Shown: one piece after another, positions 31,798-41,285 of the stretch
How the letters are laid out: every line of letters begins with the position of its first letter
Position numbering within the stretch: the stretch's first letter is position 1
Source: Chrysochromulina tobinii
Lineage: Eukaryota
DNA length: 48,522 nucleotides
Direction: 5' to 3'
NCBI GenBank assembly: GCA_001275005.1
Contig: JWZX01002568.1
Span: 1 to 48,522 of the forward strand
The notes under the pieces: generated by a model
Seen by the model: the letters and a program-made list of their open reading frames with translations, nothing else
What the model was told of the DNA's origin: nothing
The model's database searches: none
Made by a program: the position numbers and the translations under genes

Positions 31798-32953
31798 CGC
31801 GCTCGGCCGCTGTTCCCCATGGGGCCCTCAACATCCTTCACTTCGTCAAGATGGCGGCGCCGGCCAGCTCCGCCGCCGCGCCCGCCGCCGCGCCCGCCGC
31901 TGCGCCCACCGCCGCGCCGCGCAAGCCGGTATCGGCATGGGGTGCCTCGGCGCCGGCGCCGACGCCGGCGCCGGCAGCGGCAGCGGCTGGTTCCGTTTCA
32001 ACTCCTGGAGAGGGTCCGGCGACGCCGCTCAAGACGACGCCGCTCAAGACGACGCCGCTCAAGAGCCCGCAGGCACCGCCGCCTGTCTCTCCGATGACGC
32101 CGCTCCCACCCGCACGTGCCGGCTCGCAGCCCCTCGCGGCTCCTGCCTCTCCGATGACGCCACTCCCACCCGCACGTGCCGGCTCGCAGCCCGCGCCCAG
32201 CTCCGCTGGCACGAGCGCCATGATGAGCGCTGAGGGGCTCGAGGGCCCGGTGATGACAAAGCCACTCACAGTCCTCGACTTCATGGGGTGTGGCACCGGC
32301 GGCCGCTCGCGCCAGCGTAAGGGGGGGGGGATCTTCAAGGGGGGGGGGATCTTCGCCTCTGTGATCATCGAGCAGCCATCGAGCTGTGAACCGCCATCGA
32401 GCTGTGAACCGCCATCGAGCTGTGACCATCACGCTGGCGCGGACGCTGCAAGTGCGCAAACGACGACGCCGCCTGCGCGGCCAGTGTGGGGCGGCAGTGC
32501 GTCCAAGGCGGACGGCAGTGCCACGTCACTCTCGTCCATCTTCGCGCAGCAGCGCGCCGACGATGAGCGCAAGCACCACGAACGCTCGTTACGACGCGCG
32601 CGCCCGCCCGGTGGGACTGGCAGCTGGGGCGCCGGACTGAGCGCATCGTCTCCCCTGCTCGGCCCGAGACCTGCCGCGCCGCCGTCGCAGTCGCAATGGG
32701 GCATGCTGCCCGAGCCGAGCTTTGTACCCCTGAAGGACATCCTGGAGCAAGAGCATTCACAGCTGGAGCAGCAGCGGCTCCTCGAGGCCGAGGTGAAGGA
32801 GCAGTTCCGCATCGAGCGCCTCATTGCCCAGGAACGCCAAGCGGCCGCAGCTGAGGCCGCAGCCCTCGCGGGCGGCGCCAAGGGGGCGCGGGGCAACGGC
32901 AAGGGCGCGGGCCGCCGTGGCAGATGTGGCGATTCCACATCCCAGGAGCAGCA

Positions 32954-32989
<36 letters not shown>

Positions 32990-33308
32990 GCAGGATCGCA
33001 AGGCGCCGAGCGACCATGCTGCCACGTCAGGCCAGAAGGAGGCTGCTACTACCGGGGCGGTGTCGACGGAGGCCGCCCAGCTCGCCGCCAAGCCCAGGGC
33101 CGCCAAGGGCACTGCCGATGGCGGCAAGGGCGGCGGTGCCAAGGGCAGTGTCAAGGGCGGATCCAAGGGCGCCGGCCGGGGCGGCGGCAAGACTGGCAGC
33201 AAGGGCCGGGGCCGAGGCTGTGGATGCGAGAATGAGGACGCGATGGCAATTGCGCCGCAAACCACTGAAACCACTGGGATCGGCGACACGCTGGCTGCAC
33301 TGGTGTGA
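28587..33308 (+). CDS. Ankyrin + RCC1-repeat protein (IBTK-like) with BACK-like helix, PYM/eIF2A-like helical motif, UBA-like segment and low-complexity tail
   Basis: Ankyrin GVTALMHAA..GH..CV..LL..GA and QDRESGYSALHRA; RCC1 VYTWG, AAGKYHT, G.GGRLG.GDE, WGRHHKGQLG; SLSRLCEQVL; RQLRKKLKQIDELE...LSPEQRIKV. Confidence 0.85.
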
Positions 33309-33782
33309 TTGTGACTTTGCATCGCCCCCATACGGCATAACAATCTATCACGTGATCGTGGGCGTGATAAAGTCGAGCCGTACCACAGAACCGAGAGGAA
33401 GACCGGCAGGCGACGGTTGCGACGGTTGCGACGGCTCCGACTAGCAGAGCCCGGAGCGGCGTCTCTCATTCACTTTCCGGCGGCGTTCGAACCCGGCGCC
33501 GGGTCCCGGCGGGGTCCCGGGCGGGGCGTAACCCGGCAACCCGGCCTATGAGCTATGTGCTATGATCTCGAAAATTCGGCCGGTCGCTTCTACTTTTTTG
33601 TTTTTATGCCGAGGACTAAAATGTCGTATGTACGGTTGATTTGGAGACGCCATGACAAAGAGGGACACACTGCTCCGCCTCGCCAACCTCCGCGAAACGC
33701 CCCTCAGCGACCCCCTCTGCGGGGCGGGGGAGAACTGTGTGAACTCGGACCCGCTGCAGCGTGCACAGCGCAGGACTGTCGC

Positions 33783-34250
33783 CTACATGAAGGAGATGTT
33801 GTCCTTGGGCGTGCCCCATCCGGTGGGATCGGAGACCGCCTTGGACCTAGTGGCCGCCGTGTTGAGCCCGTCGTTGCGCCACATGCCTGCGAGAGCGATC
33901 GCATCGGTGAAGCGCCCGTTGAGGCCAAAGCCCTCGTCCTTCCAGTGCACGGTGCGGTAGAGGTTTCCGGTGTCGTACGTGTGCTGGCCGGTGATCGGGT
34001 GCACCTCGGTCGAGCGTGCACCGACCTTCCACGAGGAAGCGGTGTACCGTGCGTTACCGTAGGGCATTGGCGCTGGGGCACGTCGGTCGACCAGCACGCG
34101 GCGGCCCGATGCGCCTTGAAAGGACCACACTTTGGCGTCCTCCTCTGGTATGACCTCCACCTTCGCCACCGCTCTCCTCAGATTGTTCACGTCGTTGGCG
34201 AGCGACGCCGACGCGATCTGCACCGACCGCAAATCTGGGATGTTGGCCAT
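33783..34250 (-). CDS. Hypothetical 155-aa protein
   Basis: ATG at 34250 with GC3-rich codons; complex sequence ending FTD.IA.AGMWRNDGLNT; divergent from PTC7. Confidence 0.65.
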   Translation of the reverse strand: MANIPDLRSVQIASASLANDVNNLRRAVAKVEVIPEEDAKVWSFQGASGRRVLVDRRAPAPMPYGNARYTASSWKVGARSTEVHPITGQHTYDTGNLYRTVHWKDEGFGLNGRFTDAIALAGMWRNDGLNTAATRSKAVSDPTGWGTPKDNISFM

Positions 34251-34468
34251 GCGGAGACCGTTCGCCTCCGCTGCGCGTCGAGTTGCAGATCGCGTTCGCC
34301 TCCGGACGAGGGCTGCTGCGAACGGTCTGCGCGTTGTTTTGGGCGCTTTTGAACGAAATGACGAGTTCAATGAGGAGCTTGAAAGTCGTCTTTCCAGAGG
34401 TGTGCAGCAAGGGAGGTGGAGCGGGAAAGCCGAAAGGAACTTTTCGTCAGCTAACTTGGAACCCGTCG

Positions 34469-35389
34469 ATGCGTAGTACCCGCGGACTGCGTCTCGCTGG
34501 CCGGATCATTCATTCCGTCTCGGCCATGGCGTCGCTGGAGGGCTTGCGAGCGATCCGCATAGAAGCGGCGGCGACGATGCTGCCGCATCCGGAGAAGGCC
34601 AATACCGGTGGCGAGGACGCCTTCTTCGTGCAGAACAACGTGTTCGGAGTCTTTGATGGCGTGGGGAGCTGGGCTTCGCACGGTGTCGACGCTGGTGCCT
34701 TCTCGCGCGCGCTCTCAGCAGGCACTGCCTCGCGCCTTCCAGAACGCGTTGGTCACTCCTCATACTCCGTGCTGGAGCTCGAGAAGGCGCTCGAAGCAAG
34801 CCTCTCGCAAGTGTCTGTGCTCGGATCGTGCACGGCCTGCATGCTCTGCGTCGACTGCTCATCCTCAACGCTGTCAGCGCTCAACCTGGGAGACAGCGGA
34901 TTCCGCCTCTTCCGTCAGCTGGACTCCGAGGCTGGGGCGCCGCGACTCGAGATGGGCAGCCGGCCGCAGCAGCACTTCTTCAACTGTCCTTTTCAGCTCG
35001 GCGGCGATAATGCTGACCGGCCTCGCAATGGGGACCGCTACACGCACGCGGTCCAGCCCGGCGACCTCATCGTGCTCGCGACTGACGGGCTCTTCGACAA
35101 CCTCTTCGACGACGAAATCGGCGCGCTGCTGGCCAAGGGTGGCACCATCGAGCAGCTCTCGGAGCGCGTAGCCTCAACGGCACGCAAGGTGAGCTTCGAC
35201 ACGAAGCGGCGCTCGCCCTTCACAGTGGAGGCGCGCGCGCAGGGCTACAACATGCCGGGCGGCAAGGTGGACGATGTGGCCGTGGTGCTCATCAGGGTGC
35301 TTAACGGCGACGTTCCGGGTGGAGCACAAGACGAGGACGAGGATGCCCGCAGCCGCCGCATGAGCAACGAGCTGCGTTCGAAGCTTTGA
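34469..35389 (+). CDS. PTC7: PP2C-family protein phosphatase PTC7 homolog with C-terminal SKL
   Basis: PHPEK..TGGEDAFF, GVFDGVGSW, GSCTAC, NLGDSGF, QQHFFNCPFQL, ATDGLFDNLF and GGKVDDV motifs. Confidence 0.92.
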   Translation: MRSTRGLRLAGRIIHSVSAMASLEGLRAIRIEAAATMLPHPEKANTGGEDAFFVQNNVFGVFDGVGSWASHGVDAGAFSRALSAGTASRLPERVGHSSYSVLELEKALEASLSQVSVLGSCTACMLCVDCSSSTLSALNLGDSGFRLFRQLDSEAGAPRLEMGSRPQQHFFNCPFQLGGDNADRPRNGDRYTHAVQPGDLIVLATDGLFDNLFDDEIGALLAKGGTIEQLSERVASTARKVSFDTKRRSPFTVEARAQGYNMPGGKVDDVAVVLIRVLNGDVPGGAQDEDEDARSRRMSNELRSKL

Positions 35390-35680
35390 CATGAGGGGGC
35401 CTGCGAGATGGTCTATTTACCTCTCCTTTTAATTGATGCTTATTATCTGATGCGAGGTAGGTCACTGTGGGATGTGTGGGACGAGTCTATAGAGTTATTA
35501 CTTGCCTGGCCCCGCCGCACACGATCCGCAGACACGCCACCCGGGCCACGGCGGTGCGACGTGCGATCTCTAAGTGAATCTACACTGGCCGCGGCACCGT
35601 CTTGTATCTGGTTGGCATGATTCCTACTTCCATCCTCTACCCGTGCGACCGCTCCGGAGCCGGTCCGGAGCGTGGCGTAC

Positions 35681-36787
35681 TCATTTCGCGTCCAACTCCC
35701 GTGCAAACGCGAGAAGCCCTGCGTTGACCGCTTCGGGCGCCTCATCTTGCGGACAGTGGCCAGCGTCGACCGAGACGCGGCGCACGTCGACGCCGAACCT
35801 CTTCGCGGCAGCCTGCGCGGCGTCGCCACATGCCCTCGTCACCCACGGGTCGTACTCGCCCCAGAGCAGCAGGAGCGGCACCTTGAGCTGACCGATGATC
35901 TCGTCCACAGGGAAGGCCCCGCCGCGCGCGTTGCGAGAGACGATTCGGTAGAAGACTTCTGGGACCCCGTTCGGAGGCGCGAGGCCCGGAGCGTCCTCAG
36001 CGGGGTACACGATGGAGGCCACCAGCTCGTCGTCCGCGGCCTCTGGACGGATCGGGTACACCTGCTGCAGCACTTGCTTGATGCGCAACGGTTGTTTGGT
36101 CACGAACAGGCCGACATACGCAACCGCCCGCTGGGCCGCTGCCAGCACAGAGGCAACCGTATCGTCGATGGCGATTTGCACGGCACCGCGTGCTGCCAGG
36201 CGCTCCTCTTCCATCTTTATCGCTTGCGCCTCTTCGGGCGACGGAGAGAAGCGGCCGGCTCCGTTGAGTGATGCCACACCTCGCACCAGGTCTGGGTACT
36301 CAGCAGCGAGCGAGAGAGCTGCATAGCCCCCTATGGAGTTGCCCGCGACGATCGCGCGCCGGCCACCTGCCCCACAGCTGGCGCATTCGCGCAGGAAGCA
36401 CGCGCACTGCTCTCGCCACAATCGGCTATCGTAGTCTATTACCGGCTTGGAGCTCTTCCCAAACCCGATCAGATCGATGGCATAGACACGGTAGCCGGCC
36501 GCGGCCAGCGGATTGACGTTGCGTCGCCAATGGAATCCACTCGCACCAAAACCATGGATGAGCAAGATTGGGGGGCCCTCCTCCGGCCCAGCGGCAATGT
36601 AGTTCACCGTGAGCGGTTGAGGTGCGTCTGGCCATTTGTCGAAAAGCCAAGTCGTGTCAGGCTCCTCTCTCCAGACGAGAGGCTCGATCGGCGGTGCGGC
36701 AGTGGCAATCATCGCTTTGAAGAATTTATCGCGCACGGAAGCCCGCGGCGCATGGAAGGACGAGGACAGCAGCAACAAAATTATCAT
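35681..36787 (-). CDS. Alpha/beta-fold hydrolase, pheophytinase/dephytylase-like clade, bipartite plastid presequence
   Basis: LIHGFGAS..HWR.N, AIDLIGFG.S.KP, GNSIGG nucleophile elbow, LLWGEYDPW, AGHCPQDEAPE; MIILLLLSSS-FHAP signal. Confidence 0.88.
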   Translation of the reverse strand: MIILLLLSSSFHAPRASVRDKFFKAMIATAAPPIEPLVWREEPDTTWLFDKWPDAPQPLTVNYIAAGPEEGPPILLIHGFGASGFHWRRNVNPLAAAGYRVYAIDLIGFGKSSKPVIDYDSRLWREQCACFLRECASCGAGGRRAIVAGNSIGGYAALSLAAEYPDLVRGVASLNGAGRFSPSPEEAQAIKMEEERLAARGAVQIAIDDTVASVLAAAQRAVAYVGLFVTKQPLRIKQVLQQVYPIRPEAADDELVASIVYPAEDAPGLAPPNGVPEVFYRIVSRNARGGAFPVDEIIGQLKVPLLLLWGEYDPWVTRACGDAAQAAAKRFGVDVRRVSVDAGHCPQDEAPEAVNAGLLAFARELDAK

Positions 36788-37048
36788 GGCAGGGGGCTCG
36801 GATCCCGCGCTGGGTTCCAGTCGACAGGCGTCCTAGTCAAGATCCTTCTAGGTGTGAATATTGCCTGGACTTTCTCTCCTTTTATTCCTGTCCGGTTTCC
36901 GTCTTGTCCGCGATACATGTAACTTCAGGAACAAGTGTGAATTTGGCTCCAAAGTTGCACAGCGATCATCCCTGTGCCTCGGTCACGGCTTGGAAAAAAG
37001 CTTGGCAGCAACACGCGATCATCATCCACCATCTAGAAAATAGAGTTC

Positions 37049-37957
37049 ATGGATCCCGCCCGTATGCATGAGCGTTCGGTGGAGCTGCTCAATGGCCCCG
37101 TCGGCCGCCGCTACGGACTCTACATCATGCTCCTCTCATTCACCACAGCCTTCACAGGCAACGGCCTGCTCGCTATGGTTGGCATGCTCACCGGGCTGAT
37201 GCTCTGCAACGGCTCGCGTGGAGCGGGTCCATTGGTTCCACTATCAGCACTTACAACCATCCTAGCCATTTTTCAGCTCATCGTCGTCCTCGGTATGTTT
37301 CTCTCCGTGCTTTCGAACACGCCGAGTTCCTTTTGCGCTCGCACGAAAACTCTCCTCGAGTATGCCACCGGCGAGCCGGTACAGCGCGCGCCCAGCTACT
37401 CCACATACCACAGCGGCTACGCCACGTCAACATACCACGGCAACGGCGGCTACGCCACGGCATCGCCCACATACTACGGCGTCATCGAGGCGGACGAAGC
37501 AGTCAAGGACGCCGAGCGACGGCAGCTCCTGGAGTCGCCGCCCGGCCCGCCGCCACCCGGCTACTTGTCGTGCGATCCGCAGTCACCCGGCTACTCGTCG
37601 TGCACCTCCCAGGCCCGCATGGTCCAGTATGCGCAGAGCATGAACCAGATGGCGTGCGGACCCAACAGCGGCCTGATCCTGATGTCGGCAGCGATGGCCC
37701 TACTGCTTTACGGCATGCTCGTGCTGACGCCGCTGGCCGTCCTCTCGAGCAAAGCTGGCGCGCTAGCGCGCGGCGCGGGCGGCTGCGACGACGGGTGGGG
37801 GCCGCCGCTGCAAACCATCGTCATAACTGGCAACCGCCCGTTTGGACGCGACGTCTTCGGCCACACTGCGGTGGGCGTCCCTGTGCGCGTAGGCACCCTC
37901 CCAGGCCGCCCAGTTGTCGCCGGCACAGGCCCGGTCTCGGGCGTCTCGATGCACTGA
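37049..37957 (+). CDS. Hypothetical four-TM membrane protein (3 TM, Cys-containing loop, 1 TM)
   Basis: Three N-terminal hydrophobic helices, a Tyr/Pro/Cys-rich loop with ERRQLL, and a fourth helix GLILMSAAMALLLYGMLVLTPLAVL. Confidence 0.7.
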   Translation: MDPARMHERSVELLNGPVGRRYGLYIMLLSFTTAFTGNGLLAMVGMLTGLMLCNGSRGAGPLVPLSALTTILAIFQLIVVLGMFLSVLSNTPSSFCARTKTLLEYATGEPVQRAPSYSTYHSGYATSTYHGNGGYATASPTYYGVIEADEAVKDAERRQLLESPPGPPPPGYLSCDPQSPGYSSCTSQARMVQYAQSMNQMACGPNSGLILMSAAMALLLYGMLVLTPLAVLSSKAGALARGAGGCDDGWGPPLQTIVITGNRPFGRDVFGHTAVGVPVRVGTLPGRPVVAGTGPVSGVSMH

Positions 37958-39065
37958 GCACGCCGCCAGCCGTAGCAGCGGCCACTCCGCGAAGACGCAT
38001 GCGTTGTCTGCGGTCCTTGTCCCACGCCGAGGCAAGCGGCCCTCGCCCCCGGCAAGTTGTCTAGTGGAGGCGGTGAATCACCGCAGCGGCAACTGTGTGT
38101 GCTAAACTCGATCAATCTCATAGGCGGGGATGACTGCGCCATTTTAGGTGGGCGGCCGCGAATGTGCGGCGTGTGCGATGCTGCGTGTGCAAAAGCCTGA
38201 GTGCAGATATCGTGCCTCCATGTGTGACGTGACAGGCAGCCGCACTCAGGCCAGGAGTGTGTCCCGATCTCCCGAAGATAGTGCTGCCAAACGGCTTGCG
38301 CGTGGCGCGCGCGCGCGCTTCCTGCGCCCGCTCGCTGCCTTCTATGTCTATGCTGTGCGAGGACAGGATGCACAGCATGCGCCTATCTTTCGAATGTCAC
38401 TCACTCACTCAACTTAGAGGTCCCCGGCGCCTCCACCATGAATGACGAAACGAAACGCATTGATACAAGATACATCGTACACGCGTGCGGTGTTCACACG
38501 TGTTCGGTGTTTGGAACTTCCGGTGTGGGTGTCTGTGCGCACATGGGAGACCGAGTGTCAGAACACCGAGACTCCGAGTCCTAATTGCCGGTCTGGCCAC
38601 AATTCGGGTTTCATTTGGTCTGCCTTGGAGCGCGTCTGCCATGATTTGTACCTTGGAGGGTCGCACCGCGAGGGACCCGTCACGTGAGCGGGAACGCTCA
38701 CAATAAACGCTCAGTGGTGTGGATTTTGTTTGGTTTCCTCTTCCTAGTCCCCCCTAATCCTTAGTTTGTGCTTTCATTGAATGATTCCTTTGTGCTTTGA
38801 GAGTTAATTTGAGATACGACTTACGAGATCCCGCGTTCGTGGTTCCAAAACTTCGATGTGTTGAATGTGATCGCGGGGGGACCGCAACACCGCATAAAGC
38901 TGGCTAAATCTGGCTATCTGAATGCCTGTCAGTGTCTGTGTTTTTGCAGTTGAAAGCTTGTAGAGCTTGCCTCGAAGCGTTCCACTGTTCCCACACCTGG
39001 AACACGTGCCGTAGCACCGGCTGTCGCGTCTGTCGTGTTAATGTTCACATACAATTAGAAACTCT

Positions 39066-40016
39066 ATGCACATGACGGCCGAGGCTCTATCCGAGGCTCC
39101 AGCCACCTCGTCCTCCATTCCACCTCCTCGCGTGGCTGCACTGACCATCGTGCGTGACGAACCATTCTTTCTGCCGCTGTGGCATCGCCACTACTCACGC
39201 GCGTTTGCACCCGACGACCTGTATTGCTTGCACCATGTAACGACTGCGGAGGAGCAAGTGGCCGACCCAGCGTTTGCCGAAGCACTTCGTCTCTTTCGCA
39301 AGGACCGCGTCGAATGCGTGGTCGAGCCATTATTCGATCCGGTATGGCTCCGTAAAGTCGTCAGAGATCGGGTAGGGACATTGCTAGCGGCTGGATACAG
39401 TGCCGTTCTCTTCGCTGAGGTCGATGAGCTGCTGGTGCCTGCGAATGGCAACCTGGCCACGTACGTGGTCGGCTTTGCGAACAGCGGTCGCACAGCAGTG
39501 CGGTGCATCGGCTGGGAGGTTCACCATGACATGACGAGCGAGCCATCTCTGGACCTGAGTCGACCCGTGCTCGCGCAGCGCGGTTGGTGGCACCGGAATG
39601 CCAAGTACGACAAGGTACGAGACGATGCATTTGCTCCCGCTGAGCGCGCGGCAAGCGTCTCCACTGCCAACCTGACACGCGCCCCCCCTGTTTGCTGCCC
39701 ACTCTGCTACCGGGTGAAGGCGTTGTTGACGACCGTGCCGCTCGCGTGGTCGCTGGGCTTTCATGAGTGCGAGGAAAGTGTGCCACTCGATGAAGGGTGG
39801 CTTCTCGTCCACCTTCACAAGTACGACTTTCAGGCGTTCCTTGCGAGGCATGAGGCGCGGTGCAAGTACGAGCACGCGCCCGAGGCCATCGAGAGGCAGT
39901 GGAACGCGCATTATCGAGCCTCTGGTGGAGCGCTTGTGGCACAGTATCTGAACCTCCCCGCAGCGCTGGAGCCGATTCCGTCGTGGGTTCGCGACACCGC
40001 GCTGCCCGGCATTTGA
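39066..40016 (+). CDS. Glycosyltransferase family 2-like (Glyco_tranf_2_4 type); probable intron 39615-39719
   Basis: ALTIVRDEPFFLPLW.RHY and VLFAEVDELL (DxD-like) motifs; NAKYDK|ALL....W..GFH after splicing. Confidence 0.8.
   Translation: MHMTAEALSEAPATSSSIPPPRVAALTIVRDEPFFLPLWHRHYSRAFAPDDLYCLHHVTTAEEQVADPAFAEALRLFRKDRVECVVEPLFDPVWLRKVVRDRVGTLLAAGYSAVLFAEVDELLVPANGNLATYVVGFANSGRTAVRCIGWEVHHDMTSEPSLDLSRPVLAQRGWWHRNAKYDKVRDDAFAPAERAASVSTANLTRAPPVCCPLCYRVKALLTTVPLAWSLGFHECEESVPLDEGWLLVHLHKYDFQAFLARHEARCKYEHAPEAIERQWNAHYRASGGALVAQYLNLPAALEPIPSWVRDTALPGI
39615..39719 (+). other. 105-nt in-frame GT-AG intron candidate with no stop codon
   Basis: AAG|GTACGA donor, CTGAC branch-like motif, pyrimidine-rich tract and GAAG| acceptor. 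The encoded 35 aa interrupt the YDK.L....W..GFH motif. Confidence 0.65.
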
Positions 40017-40557
40017 GAGACCGGACTCGCCGCGGCGGCGGACGAGACCAGAGGGAGGCGCGTTCCGGCTTATTGCACGGCACTAAGAACAATAGAAGTC
40101 GCGAACCCGACGCGCTCGGCTCAACGAGTGTCGTATGTCGAAAGCTCGCCGCACGCGGATTCTGCACGTCCTTCCTTCCTTCGCGCCAGCAGAGAGGCGT
40201 TACATGATCAACGAGGAGCCTCAGAGCGATCCTCGAGCACCCCTCACAGAGGACATTTTTAGTAGCGGGTTGATACTGGAGTTCCACCACCGTGCACTGA
40301 CTTTGAACACTCAGGAGTACTCTCAGACACAGTGTCAGACATCCGCATGACGTTTACGTGGGTGGGCTGCACACATCGAACCGACACGCATCGTGGCACT
40401 CATGGATGCACACACACGACACCTAACGCACACCTACGTGCGAGCATTGCGAGACTGTGCGCGGGCATGCTAATCCTACGTACGTGACCCAGTGAACATG
40501 TACGAGTTCGCTGCAAGGCGACTGGGTCGTAACATGCAATGCTCCAGCAAGTAGCCA

Positions 40558-40881
40558 TCACCGCGCACGATGCAAGCCGTCCATCCAGAGCGCTAGATCA
40601 GTCGATGGAGTGAAACAGACCTCGGGGTCACATTCTACCTCACGTAGCTGCGGGTCGGTATGCATCGTGGCCGTGCGACGAATGTCAAACGCTGCTCCAT
40701 GTGCAGCGGACGGGCTGCTGATGGCGGCAAGTGCATCGCGCTCATCCTCAGGCTCGTCGTCGCGGGCCGTCCTGCCACGCTTACGCGGAGCAGCCGACGA
40801 CCACGGAGGCATCCGCTCGACCTGCTCGTAATCCATCGGGGCCAATGAGGGCTGATCGGCCTGCTGATCCGGTGCCGCCAT
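40558..40881 (-). CDS. Possible small hypothetical protein or gene remnant
   Basis: 107-aa ORF with GCCATGG-like start context (acgATGg) and PRKRGR; lies in a lower-GC region; no domain recognised. Confidence 0.25.
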   Translation of the reverse strand: MAAPDQQADQPSLAPMDYEQVERMPPWSSAAPRKRGRTARDDEPEDERDALAAISSPSAAHGAAFDIRRTATMHTDPQLREVECDPEVCFTPSTDLALWMDGLHRAR

Positions 40882-41285
40882 CGTGATGACGGAACCTGTG
40901 AGCGAGGCGATTGATGGAATCCATCAGAGATGCGGTGATTGCCGAGCGCTGGTCGTGGTCGCGCTCGGTTTCGGACGCGATGATGAGGACGATTCCAAAA
41001 TCCATCAAGGCGCGTTTAAGCAATCAAAGTCTTAATTAAGGATAGGTGCAACGCACTCACGGCGGCAGTGGACGTGCGTAACGAAAGTCCTACTATATGA
41101 CCTATGCACCTATCCTTAATCCCAGCTTCACACACAAACATACATTGAATCCCAGAACATCGCAATTGTTCGCACCCGAAAAAATCTCCTGGAGGCCAAC
41201 ACCCCTCCTCAACACCTAATCCTGTAAGAGTCATCCTGTAATTCAGACGAGATCATTTCACAGCCCATTCGAGAAGTCAAGAAAT

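Noticed and set aside
33477..33505. GTTCGAACCC B-box-like motif in a GC hairpin (tRNA or SINE?)
   Set aside because: No cloverleaf, proper T-stem or A-box could be built. The same applies to TTCGAATCC near 4835.
33652..33960. Plus-strand 102-aa ORF overlapping the 33783..34250 gene
   Set aside because: Antisense overlap with no motif; the minus-strand ORF has the better codon pattern.
40781..41234. Short minus-strand ORFs in a lower-GC stretch as a transposon or viral remnant
   Set aside because: No transposase, reverse transcriptase, integrase or capsid motifs and no terminal repeats recognised.
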